A stretch of DNA of 56,518 nucleotides, taken from the IMG/VR virus record IMGVR_UViG_3300045988_112927, positions 1 to 56,518 of that record. One strand, given 5' to 3'. How positions within the stretch are numbered: the first letter of the stretch is position 1; each line of letters starts with the position of its first letter. This stretch comes from a virus. Below the pieces are notes generated by a model that did no database searches, had not been told where the DNA came from, and worked only from the letters and a program-made list of their open reading frames with translations. The position numbers were made by a program, and so were the translations under genes. Shown here piece after piece: positions 34,901-44,156 of the stretch.

Positions 34901-37619
34901 TAATTTTAACTGTATAATGGATATTAGCTTCACCTTTATCATTAGTTCCATCGACAGACATATCTTTGATATATTCTCCATCTTTGTAGTAATAATAAAG
35001 ACCTGGCATATAAATTCCATCATAGTCATCTTTTACAGATTTAACGAGTGATTCATCTACAGTATAATAGGTTCTACCATTAATAGAGCTCTCATTAAAG
35101 TCTAACCAATAGCCATTACCGTCTGAGTAAAAGAATTTTCCTGGCTCATATGCTCCACTAAGTTCAAGTGTAGCACTTGGAGTTACTTCATAATATTGAT
35201 GACCTTTTTGATATTTGGTATCAATAATATAATCCTGCATTGTTAAATCTAACGAACCATCTGAATTATATACTTTATTATAAGGACTTGAGTTAATATC
35301 AAGATAATGATACTGACCTGTCCAAGCTTCCATTCCTTTAATAGGCTCGAAAATATCTTCTGGGTCTATCATATTAGAAACTTCTTTATAAAATGGACCA
35401 ACATCACTAGCAGTAGCTTTTCTGTAAGTTCCATCTGCATTTTTTACATAATACTTAGTTTTATCAAAATTATCAGCATTAACTTCTGATTCTTCTAAAA
35501 GTACTTTACCAGTAGTTAAAGTAACTGGAGTATATACATAAGTCTTATGTTTCATAGTATATTGACCTTGAAGTTTCTTAATAGCTTCAGAGCCGCCTAA
35601 AGAATTATCACTAGGATTTACATAGTAAATTCTTTCTTCATCTAAATTATCCAAACTTGCAGATAATTTATCTACTGTATCAGCAGTAATAATCATACCC
35701 ATAAGGTCATGAACTGCATTGATACATCCTGCTAAAGTATTTACTTCAGCAGTATTATAAGGTTTATCGCTTCTATAATGAACTAAACGCAAACCATTTC
35801 TGTCAAGATGACCTTTTGCATCTTCCCACTCATAGTCCATATTACGCATATTAGTATTTTTAATAGCGTCGTTAGTATCACGACCACCAAATACCATATC
35901 CCAAATCTTAGAAATTGTATCTCCAAGAGAAGGAAGCATAATTGATAATTCTTGAGTATCTGGGTACATCTTTGATTCCGTGCCGTTCTTATGAGGTTTG
36001 TATTCTTGACCACTCATACCAGTAGGAGCAATACTAATTTTATCCTCATTAGTCCATCCACTATCTGCGATAGATTTATTGTAACCTGAAAGAGCCTTAC
36101 TGTTAATAATGTCTTCACTGTAAGATACTTTCTTAGGGTCAAAACCTTTCTTATTGTAATAAATTGCGGCTTCGATTGAGTTATTCTTCTCGTCGCACGT
36201 TTCCGTCCAAGTAGTCTGAGTAGGACTGAAATACCCAACTTTCTCTTCTCCAGTATAGGTATTATAGAAATTACCTTTCCAGTTTGTAACTTGGTCTGAA
36301 GGATAGATAATTGTATCGGTACTTAAATCACTTGAACCGCCGAATCCACCTGCTAAGTCAATAGAAGGTCCCATTAACTGCTTTGCGGACTTTGTTCTGA
36401 ATCCCCACTGTGGCTGAGTATGAAGTTTATAGTAAACATTCGTACTGTCTTTATCAAAGTGAGGCACTAAAGGAATCATTGTAGGAGCATCAAAAGCGAT
36501 ATCGAATGTTGGAACTACTGAATTTAATTCAGCAATCATAACATACTTATCTTGTCCGCCTACGACTGTTTTCTGCCATACAGTTGAATCATACCCTCTA
36601 GTTGCGCCAGTCCCTGTACTGTCACCATATTCAGAGATATACGCACGGTCGATAGATAGGTTTTTGAAATAAGTATCATCTGCATTTTGGTCTTCAACTA
36701 CAGCTCTCCACTTATAGAGACCATCTTCTCCAACACTTTGAATCTGCCAAAATTCATCTTTATAGTTCAAAGAATATCTGTGCCATTTTGGAATTCTATA
36801 AATGTGTCCAACTTGTAAAGGAGCACTTGCTGTTAAAATATCTTCTCCATACTTCATACCATCAATATTAGAGGTACTTGTTGTTAAAAAGATATCGAAA
36901 TCTCTAATCTCTAAACGCTGATAATAATTAACAGCTTCATCAAAAGTCCCTTTTGTATCATTTTCATATTCTTCTGTTTCTTCATTATAAACAAAGAATG
37001 TATTAGGTTCATATGTTATTGGAGTTAAAGTAATCTGATAATAACTCGCTTTTACCCTCGCCGCAACGGCGTCCGCAATTTCTTTATCAGAAGCGCCTGG
37101 TTTACTAACTACAAATTCATCTTCTACTTGTTTTCTCAAGTATTCTGTAAGCCATGCATTGTATGTAGCAGCGTTTACTTCAAAATCCATACTATATTTA
37201 CCATTACTTGAAATATTAGTAATTCTTACATAAACAGAAGAATGATTTACATTATTAGCTCTTCTTCCAACTGGAATTCTAATAATTTCTCCGGTAGAGA
37301 ATGAATTATTATCTTTTGTCACTAATAATTCTTTATCTGGATATGAATAAAAATATTTATCTGCTACTGTGCATTGATTTGGAGAGCCTTTATATAAAGA
37401 CCCATCATACATCCAAAAAGCTTCACCATCTTCTAAAGACCCTGTGATATCATAAAAACCATCTTGAGTTTTCTGACTGTAATCTACTAAAACATATCTA
37501 CCTGGATAAACACCATCACCAAGACGAGCGCCATTATCCATATCTCTCTTATTAGCATATGTTCTATCAAATTGGAAAGTAGTCTTTGAAGTGTTACTTA
37601 TATTGCCATAAAATCCCAT
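31965..37619 (-). CDS. giant tail fibre/structural protein (1884 aa) with internal ~100-aa repeats and a C-terminal ADW-motif domain
   Basis: Four tandem repeats carry D(K/S)(A/K)GH....T(L/V)T(L/M/I)P(Y/F)GY. The C-terminal ~150 aa has FDTIKEIADWLESNDSGADGVIDAIAVL, homologous to the 310-aa protein's C-terminus. The coiled-coil end is VAQLEERIATLEA. Confidence 0.6.
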   Translation of the reverse strand: MGFYGNISNTSKTTFQFDRTYANKRDMDNGARLGDGVYPGRYVLVDYSQKTQDGFYDITGSLEDGEAFWMYDGSLYKGSPNQCTVADKYFYSYPDKELLVTKDNNSFSTGEIIRIPVGRRANNVNHSSVYVRITNISSNGKYSMDFEVNAATYNAWLTEYLRKQVEDEFVVSKPGASDKEIADAVAARVKASYYQITLTPITYEPNTFFVYNEETEEYENDTKGTFDEAVNYYQRLEIRDFDIFLTTSTSNIDGMKYGEDILTASAPLQVGHIYRIPKWHRYSLNYKDEFWQIQSVGEDGLYKWRAVVEDQNADDTYFKNLSIDRAYISEYGDSTGTGATRGYDSTVWQKTVVGGQDKYVMIAELNSVVPTFDIAFDAPTMIPLVPHFDKDSTNVYYKLHTQPQWGFRTKSAKQLMGPSIDLAGGFGGSSDLSTDTIIYPSDQVTNWKGNFYNTYTGEEKVGYFSPTQTTWTETCDEKNNSIEAAIYYNKKGFDPKKVSYSEDIINSKALSGYNKSIADSGWTNEDKISIAPTGMSGQEYKPHKNGTESKMYPDTQELSIMLPSLGDTISKIWDMVFGGRDTNDAIKNTNMRNMDYEWEDAKGHLDRNGLRLVHYRSDKPYNTAEVNTLAGCINAVHDLMGMIITADTVDKLSASLDNLDEERIYYVNPSDNSLGGSEAIKKLQGQYTMKHKTYVYTPVTLTTGKVLLEESEVNADNFDKTKYYVKNADGTYRKATASDVGPFYKEVSNMIDPEDIFEPIKGMEAWTGQYHYLDINSSPYNKVYNSDGSLDLTMQDYIIDTKYQKGHQYYEVTPSATLELSGAYEPGKFFYSDGNGYWLDFNESSINGRTYYTVDESLVKSVKDDYDGIYMPGLYYYYKDGEYIKDMSVDGTNDKGEANIHYTVKIKDKEEENIGYVKQVYFISVSYRDVPTLLITNNRVYKKVYSANGAASDDKGKFDYVEVSADETISASTEYAVEQIIYTPAEDQVEIDTENQLNLTPFVKNTFFFKKYDEEKKFLGYYPVTMQEIDPSNPDQQFYAFGMRDKLTNNHPYIATTDSDKNKLNFALMVQSAFYTPHIYHYITNNNSYVLDNYLTKTHNEYCKIESATLVDLSGRTFYEPGEYYTKNPITGEYELVRDIEMPEDIDEFYKEDKYYILEDKAGVYEKGSEWDSNILEVPSTVTLAKRAETWELVPLKDFARGLNTIHGLIVKINQMLLAGDKYTRDDSTVQGTINKMQDLIARFHELAPEKFLAVDNYGRVRGMDWSTDQTATSKTTKALDSDRKGVAADKFAKVADTVEDMYKQWLTVNIDGTITNPLITIHHNFQKVKDTSHATNLNTDGIASSLATDKLTLLTPLIDDMGHMVGKHEETFTLPYGFKTIKTNGRSTDETVNTADNVVKNDVVADNTQDVLSINSGNKWIRIDTDKDNDSLKISHDIHDTSSSTSSASLSSEESKNITFAIPTYTFDKAGHYVSHDTKTLTMPFGYGKIIGDSGNTAATATFDTLTFSSDEWLTATVTKDKVVYSHDYPKKVDDTTSTSNVNDNGDTIVLETLERDEKGHVTKVNENTVTLPYGYKVFTDSNATVGKSTAKNTQDTFVFEGDSWLKPTVSDGKAKFEHIGPVSSTYTSKSNATPKFGETFTIEDWYFDSKGHKFKGETHTVTIPKGSLTDANATGADVITQLAFVESTGALSTTRKNLSSLTLTGYTKKTDNADVAATDTLAEALSKLQTQINDEENARAQAIRDLLGGENINAAFDTIKEIADWLESNDSGADGVIDAIAVLNGDANTTGSIKKQIKDAINGLDVTDSEQTGKYVSSVSETDGKISVTRKALPTVGDFVTSTDDNLVYEVPADFDENADKTIVWLFQKVAQLEERIATLEA

Positions 37620-37625
37620 CTGTCA

Positions 37626-38015
37626 CTACTCCTTTCCATCGTCATAAATAATATCAACAATAAGAAACGCATTATTGTTATCTTTAATTAGTTTCATTGA
37701 ATCTACATCGAATGTTATCGCTGTAATTTCAGTATCACCTGCTAAATCTAATTCATAAATGCCAGTAGAGCCAATAATAATTGGCTCTAAAGCATTGTTT
37801 AAATAAAATTTAGTTCCAGGTAAAGCCTGGATACCAAGCTGAAGTACTGGGAAACAATCTCCGAAAACTAATCCAGAACAATAATGAGTATAAGAAGTAG
37901 GTACTAAACCGCCGCTTTCACTAGCGATTTGCTGAGGTTGGTTTTTTTCATTACCATTGGCACTATTTTCAACGCCATCTGCATAATAGCGATATTGTTT
38001 AATTCTATTTGCCAT
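37626..38015 (-). CDS. hypothetical structural-module protein (129 aa)
   Basis: The ORF is tightly packed between large structural genes. No motif recognised. Confidence 0.4.
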   Translation of the reverse strand: MANRIKQYRYYADGVENSANGNEKNQPQQIASESGGLVPTSYTHYCSGLVFGDCFPVLQLGIQALPGTKFYLNNALEPIIIGSTGIYELDLAGDTEITAITFDVDSMKLIKDNNNAFLIVDIIYDDGKE

Positions 38016-38030
38016 TTCTCCTTATCCTCC

Positions 38031-41024
38031 TTAATATAATCTTTCTACGGCTTTTGTCGCAGAAATATTCATTGTCCCTTGATATTGCAAAGGCAATGTA
38101 ATCTTATTTATAATATATTCTCCATTGATACCACTATTATCGTCTTTTACTGAAATACGTGTATTAGGTTCTAAGTAATACACTGGTAAGGCGGTAATAC
38201 TGATAGTCTCAGCACAATGAGAATATTGATACAAATTGTTATCCAAAACATCATATGCGGACTTGCCTCGCGCACTAATGTTAAATAGATTCTCAATAGC
38301 TGAATTTAAACGAACTATTGTATATCCTGGTCTTAAAGCTTTAATTTCAGCAATACGCATATCAACCATTGTAGAAATTATATCAGTTTTAATTTTATCT
38401 ACGTCTTCTTGTGTAGAAACTTTATAATCATCTTTTATAGTTTCTTCCCATTTCGCTTCTGTTTCATATGCTTTTAAGATTTTTAATCTTTCTTCTTTCT
38501 TTAAAGTAAGAGGATTTACAAAAATCACGTTTGGAGTATCTCTAAAATAAATGGCTTTTACATTAGAGTCATTTTCAGCTTTTGGCCTATCTCCAACATT
38601 ATGAGCTGAACACATAGCCATTTGACCATCACTTGTATCTAAGAAATCTATCCAGAAATTAAGTAATTCTGGTGATTCTAATACTGTTAAAGACCAATGT
38701 GAGTCTGCATCATACTCACTTGTAATTTCTACATAGTAAACATTTTCAACTTTATATCCACTTGCTTTTTCTAAGTAGTAATAATAAGTTTTATCAACAA
38801 CAGAATTCCAACCTGGTTCTGTAAAATTAACAAACGAGTAATCTCTATATTCATTCTTTTTCAAGAACTGAATTCCTTTATCATATTGCATACCTACTTG
38901 ACATTGCACAGGAGTAAAATATGTTTTTATAGGTTCTCCATTAGGTTTCTTTTTATTATAGTCTTGATTTGTAATTTCAACTCTCTTAAAAGTATGCTGA
39001 TATTCAGGATTATAAATATCTCTCCAGAAGCTAATAATATCAGTATAATATTGTTCATACCCAGTAATACCAGTAGGATAGAAACTCTCTCCGGTCATAG
39101 GATTAACATTATTTTCAGCTACCCTAATTAAAAAGTCATCTTCCTCATGGTGATTGTAATAATCTACTGCCATTTGATATAAGATTTCTCTCCATTCTTC
39201 TGAGAATCTTCCTTCAAGATATTCCACTTCTTCCTCAATTCTATCGTTAACTTTTTCATCAAACTCTGCTTGAGGAATTGTAGGTTTATAAATATATGAA
39301 GTACCTTTTCCTTGTTCCGCTCTATTAGTAAAATAACTATAAGAGTGACCACACCCATTTCCATGGCCGGTATATCCCAATGTTAAATATAAAGTACCAT
39401 TTGCAGTATAATTATATTCAACGTCAAAGATATAAATATTATATCCTTCTCCCCAAACTGTTCCAGGAGGGAACATAGAGTTCAAATCAATATCTCCTTT
39501 TGGTACATAATCTTGGCAATAACTGCCGATGGACCCGGTCGGATAGTCCCCTGTTAATCTTTTATAATATTCAGCCCAGTCGATAATCTCCCACCAATCT
39601 TCAGATAACCCATTTGGATTTGGAATCTTCTCATATTCCTCAATACCTTTTAATATCTCATCCATCATATTATTTTTAACTACTTCTTTTTTGAACTCCA
39701 TATTTGCCCAAACTTCTCCATCATAGTTTTTATAATACTTTGGTTTATCATCTACTGCATAGCGCAAATGGATAGGAATTTCACTACCAGTCTGAGTTTT
39801 TCTAACTCCCCAAATAGAAAAATCATTCTTCAAATTGGATAAGTTAGGATTATTTTGGAAAGACGTAACGATGTTCGCATTTTCAAAATTATATGTGATA
39901 GCGGAGCTCTCAGTCAGGTTATCGACATATGTTTCACTATCTTCATTAGAAACGATATTGTTCCAAGAGGTATTCAAATACGTCTTTTGTTTTTGGAATA
40001 CAAAACGACCATCTAAATCATAGAAATATTCAAAATCACCTAACATATTTTTAATCTTATCTAAAAGATTAGTTATTGTACTACCAACAGATAAGATAAG
40101 GTCGCCCGCATAAGTTAAGTCTGTCATACGGTATCCTATGGTTTCGCCATATTCTATTTTAATGACTGTGTATCTGCGCTCACTCTCCGCTCCGTCATAC
40201 GCAACAAGTACGGTCGGATTGGTATGTTCAGCTAAATAATCTCCTCTATCATCATAAATAATTCGTGTGTCTTCTACACTTATTAATTCATCACTAACTT
40301 TTCCATCATCTTTAACATAGAAATATTCTTTTTGATTTGTTTGTCCGCCAATTCGAGGATTTGTAACTTCTTGAGTTTCACAATCAACTAAAAGATACAT
40401 TGGCTCTGTACCTCTATATTCCATTAACTCAACACCATAATCTTCTAAATCGTTAATAATAATATTACTAAATGGCTCTCGTGCAAAAGTATGTACAGCG
40501 CTTTGAATAATTTCTTTTAAAGTTAATGCCTGATTTACATAACTTCCATCAGCTTGTTGAACATCAACAGTGCCGAAGTCTTGAGTTAAAGCTGTTATAA
40601 CTCCACCCATTTCACCATTTAATAAGCTCATTTTATCTTTTCCTTGCAAAGATATCGTATAATTATTGATTGTTTGTGAAGTATTAAATGTTGTAATTAA
40701 ATAAATACCTTGAGGAAACCAAATAATATCATCATATCTCGAATCTATGTTATTTCTTAATCCTATGAATAATTGGAATTTTGTATTCAATCCCCAATAA
40801 TAATCATGGATATTCATTTCTTCGGCAACAAGGCTAAGAGAACAAGTTCTCCTAACCGATGAATTGCCGTCAATATTTATTGAGCCTTGAGTGACTTTAC
40901 CAGTAATCTCCTCAATAGGCTTTTCTTCAAAGTTTAAGGAGATTACACGAGCAAAAACTTCACGTTCTTGCTCTTGGTCTAAAGCACGCAAAAAATCTTT
41001 ATCTAATAAAGGATTTCTTATCAT
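38031..41024 (-). CDS. large baseplate/tail-tip protein (997 aa), possibly Tal/hub-like
   Basis: It sits downstream of the tape-measure protein in a tail gene array. The N-terminal region (ITGKVTQGSINIDGNSSVRRTCSLSLV) is reminiscent of tail-tip/hub N-domains, but this is weak. Its start overlaps the stop of the upstream gene (ATGA). Confidence 0.45.
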   Translation of the reverse strand: MIRNPLLDKDFLRALDQEQEREVFARVISLNFEEKPIEEITGKVTQGSINIDGNSSVRRTCSLSLVAEEMNIHDYYWGLNTKFQLFIGLRNNIDSRYDDIIWFPQGIYLITTFNTSQTINNYTISLQGKDKMSLLNGEMGGVITALTQDFGTVDVQQADGSYVNQALTLKEIIQSAVHTFAREPFSNIIINDLEDYGVELMEYRGTEPMYLLVDCETQEVTNPRIGGQTNQKEYFYVKDDGKVSDELISVEDTRIIYDDRGDYLAEHTNPTVLVAYDGAESERRYTVIKIEYGETIGYRMTDLTYAGDLILSVGSTITNLLDKIKNMLGDFEYFYDLDGRFVFQKQKTYLNTSWNNIVSNEDSETYVDNLTESSAITYNFENANIVTSFQNNPNLSNLKNDFSIWGVRKTQTGSEIPIHLRYAVDDKPKYYKNYDGEVWANMEFKKEVVKNNMMDEILKGIEEYEKIPNPNGLSEDWWEIIDWAEYYKRLTGDYPTGSIGSYCQDYVPKGDIDLNSMFPPGTVWGEGYNIYIFDVEYNYTANGTLYLTLGYTGHGNGCGHSYSYFTNRAEQGKGTSYIYKPTIPQAEFDEKVNDRIEEEVEYLEGRFSEEWREILYQMAVDYYNHHEEDDFLIRVAENNVNPMTGESFYPTGITGYEQYYTDIISFWRDIYNPEYQHTFKRVEITNQDYNKKKPNGEPIKTYFTPVQCQVGMQYDKGIQFLKKNEYRDYSFVNFTEPGWNSVVDKTYYYYLEKASGYKVENVYYVEITSEYDADSHWSLTVLESPELLNFWIDFLDTSDGQMAMCSAHNVGDRPKAENDSNVKAIYFRDTPNVIFVNPLTLKKEERLKILKAYETEAKWEETIKDDYKVSTQEDVDKIKTDIISTMVDMRIAEIKALRPGYTIVRLNSAIENLFNISARGKSAYDVLDNNLYQYSHCAETISITALPVYYLEPNTRISVKDDNSGINGEYIINKITLPLQYQGTMNISATKAVERLY

Positions 41025-43741
41025 TCTATACCATTCTCCTCCTTATACTGTTTAATAGCTTTATCAAGAGCATCTACATAGAGATTATAAGCAGTTTTTA
41101 CTTGAAGTATGATTCCATCAAGTTTAGAAGCCTTCCCAATAGCATCATAATATTTTTCTAAGTAATACTCATAATTAGCTTTCTTATTTTTCAAATCAGT
41201 ATAACCTATACTATCATTTGTTTCCATAGAATAAGTTATAATTTGTTTAGCAAAACTCATTTCAGTAATAATACCATCATTTACTAAAATAGTTCTATTA
41301 GCAATATCGTCTCCATCTTTTAAAATATATTTACCAGTCTCAGCGATATTAACAACTTCATCATCAATTACTATATCAAATAATTCTGGAGTGATTGGTT
41401 GTAATCTATCCATTTTTGGGTCATAATAGTAATCAATATATGGAGCAAAATATTCAGTGGCTCTGTCTACAATATATTGCTCATTGTTAGATGGACCACC
41501 ATTGCCAAATTGTTCTTTATAATAATAACGATAATCTGAACGTTTGCAACGTAAATGATATATTGCAAGCGGGTCCATTAATGATTTATCAAATTCTTGA
41601 GTGCAATCCATATCAATATAGAATCTTTGAGCCGCCTCAGTAAAATATTGAGGCTTCTCTTTATAATCTTGATAAGTAAAATTGATATATACATCTTGCA
41701 CATCTCGTTTAATAAATCTTATAAACGCAACATGAAGAACCTCTGTTCTAACGTCTTCGACTAAATAAAAAATATTCTTTAATACAAAATTATGGTCTGT
41801 ATAATAACCAGAAGGATAAGAGCCAATATATTGCTGACAAGGAACATCCTCAACATGGACTCTTTGAATAAGATTAAATACATTAGCCGCTTTTGAACGA
41901 TAACTATATGTAATCAATCCTTGCGCCATGTCTCTTTTTGAGATTTTAATATATTCAAAAGGTTTCTCACTTTCTATCCTGTATGCACCAGTAGCACCAA
42001 TCATAATTGAAACAGGTTCTTTCTCATCAGAATGCTTGATATAGATTACTGCGCCCGGTCGCATATCCGCCGCAGATAACGAATAAAATAGTCTTGTATT
42101 TAATTGAACCAAATCATCCATTTCTACATCAGTCAAATCATCAGAAGATTGTTGTTTAACTAAATCTACAGTTACCCATCTTGTTTGAGTTGAGAAATTC
42201 TCGCTTGTATCAATTAGATTATAATACATCAAATTTGTCATATCACATTTAGCAATTTCATAAGCTGTTGCTGAGAAATTATGAAGCATACGACCTAATT
42301 GGTCTTGAGGACTCAGTGAAACATTCATTAAACGAACAATATAATTTCCCTCTGTTGGAGAACGAAAAAGTTTTGGTTTTCCATTGTTCAACCAATCTAA
42401 AGCAGTTAATTTGAATAATCTTTCTGCTGTTATATTTTCTCCAGTTAGATTATAATTGTTCTCTGAAATTTTTAGTTCCTCTGCGCTCATAAACATATGA
42501 GTATCATCCATATGATATGAAATCAATCCAGAAATAGGGAAATCTTTATAGCTAACATTTCCATTTCTAATAATAGTTGGATGCTGTCTTCCTATAGTAT
42601 CAACTTTGGTTTCTTGAACCGTAGTCTTAAAACTTGTTACTTTTGGATTGAAACGAATCTTTAATTGTTTCTCTCCATCATATAAAAAAGCATCCTCAAA
42701 ATCTGAAAATACTGAATTAGAAATAATACGGTCTGAATAAACTCCACTATCATTATACTGTTGAAGAGAATACTTATAAGTAACACCTTGTTCAATAGTA
42801 CAGTCTACAATTCCCCAATCACTTGGAACTATTGATTGAAGGTCAAAGCGTTTAAATTCTTCCCAAGTATAATTATTTCTACTTGAAGCTCTTGAAATTA
42901 AGAAAGCTCCGGAAATAATTGGGTCTTCAGTATCTAAAATACTTAATTTAATATGACCATTATCATAATCTAAATCAGCTTTTAATTCTGCTTTAATATC
43001 TGGTGATACTGAACGTCTTTGAATAATTCTATATCTTGGAGAACTTACTCTTAATCCATTTGTTGTAGTTGCGATGAATCTGATATAATATGACCTATTC
43101 ATATCAAGGTCGCCCGCAAATATATGAGTTTCCGTTGACATATAAGAAACTTCATCATTTTGAGTATTATGAATAATCTCTCCAGAATCTTCAAAGATAC
43201 TATCATCATCGTTATAAATAATAAAACGACAAGAATACATCTTTTCAGTAGTATCTCTACTTACTTTTGCACCAGATAATTTATCAGTATATCTATCTTG
43301 TGAATAAACACCAACATAAGAATAATTATGTTGATTGATTTGTCCAAATTCAAAATTTTCAATAGATACAGTTGGTTCAGTAGTATATTTAATAACTCCG
43401 ACAGTTGAATAATATCCAATCTGCCCTGAAGGATGAATATAAGCTAATTGAACTTTATAATATTGTCCAACTTTAAATAATTTATATGTATCATCTAATC
43501 TAATATTAAAATCAACATACATATCATCCAATTTATCAAAACTACCTCTTTCTGTATCATTGGTTTGTACTGTTAAAGTAGTAAGATAATTACCACTTAC
43601 AGTTTTAATCTTTAAAGCAAACCCGTCGACATCTGAAGCACTAACCGCCCTATTCATAGAAAAAGGGACTGATAAAATATCAGTCCCATAGAAGGCTGGA
43701 AGCGCCCCCTCTATTACGGGAGGGTATAACTTCACTGCCAT
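41021..43741 (-). CDS. large tail/baseplate structural protein (906 aa)
   Basis: The gene is translationally coupled to neighbours and has a GAGGAG RBS. Its position in the tail module supports the call. No specific motif recognised. Confidence 0.45.
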   Translation of the reverse strand: MAVKLYPPVIEGALPAFYGTDILSVPFSMNRAVSASDVDGFALKIKTVSGNYLTTLTVQTNDTERGSFDKLDDMYVDFNIRLDDTYKLFKVGQYYKVQLAYIHPSGQIGYYSTVGVIKYTTEPTVSIENFEFGQINQHNYSYVGVYSQDRYTDKLSGAKVSRDTTEKMYSCRFIIYNDDDSIFEDSGEIIHNTQNDEVSYMSTETHIFAGDLDMNRSYYIRFIATTTNGLRVSSPRYRIIQRRSVSPDIKAELKADLDYDNGHIKLSILDTEDPIISGAFLISRASSRNNYTWEEFKRFDLQSIVPSDWGIVDCTIEQGVTYKYSLQQYNDSGVYSDRIISNSVFSDFEDAFLYDGEKQLKIRFNPKVTSFKTTVQETKVDTIGRQHPTIIRNGNVSYKDFPISGLISYHMDDTHMFMSAEELKISENNYNLTGENITAERLFKLTALDWLNNGKPKLFRSPTEGNYIVRLMNVSLSPQDQLGRMLHNFSATAYEIAKCDMTNLMYYNLIDTSENFSTQTRWVTVDLVKQQSSDDLTDVEMDDLVQLNTRLFYSLSAADMRPGAVIYIKHSDEKEPVSIMIGATGAYRIESEKPFEYIKISKRDMAQGLITYSYRSKAANVFNLIQRVHVEDVPCQQYIGSYPSGYYTDHNFVLKNIFYLVEDVRTEVLHVAFIRFIKRDVQDVYINFTYQDYKEKPQYFTEAAQRFYIDMDCTQEFDKSLMDPLAIYHLRCKRSDYRYYYKEQFGNGGPSNNEQYIVDRATEYFAPYIDYYYDPKMDRLQPITPELFDIVIDDEVVNIAETGKYILKDGDDIANRTILVNDGIITEMSFAKQIITYSMETNDSIGYTDLKNKKANYEYYLEKYYDAIGKASKLDGIILQVKTAYNLYVDALDKAIKQYKEENGIE

Positions 43742-43746
43742 AGTTC

Positions 43747-44130
43747 TTACTCCTCTTCTTTAATCATATACATAATTGCAGCCATCTGTGCAGAAGATAA
43801 TTCAACAGAACCGAACCAGTCTAATTCGATTTGGTTGATTTTAACATCCTGCTCAAGTGAGAATAAATCTGCAAGTTCTTTATTTACAGTATCAATAACA
43901 TCTTCTTTAAAAGTATAGTTACCAGACTCTTCATCTAATTCTCCGTACTTCTGTACGATTTCCATACGAGTCTTATCAATCTCTTTTGCCATCTCTACAA
44001 TGCCATTCATATTTTTCTGTAAATAGAAATTTACCTTTACTGGTAAACTCATCTCATCTTTGAAAGCTTCTAATAACATTGAAGCTGTGTTATAAATGTC
44101 AATATTTGACATAGTTTTTGTAATTGCCAT
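43747..44130 (-). CDS. hypothetical structural-module protein (127 aa)
   Basis: A small acidic ORF between two giant tail genes. No motif recognised. Confidence 0.4.
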   Translation of the reverse strand: MAITKTMSNIDIYNTASMLLEAFKDEMSLPVKVNFYLQKNMNGIVEMAKEIDKTRMEIVQKYGELDEESGNYTFKEDVIDTVNKELADLFSLEQDVKINQIELDWFGSVELSSAQMAAIMYMIKEEE

Positions 44131-44156
44131 ATCCTTTATCTCCTTTATAAATTTAT

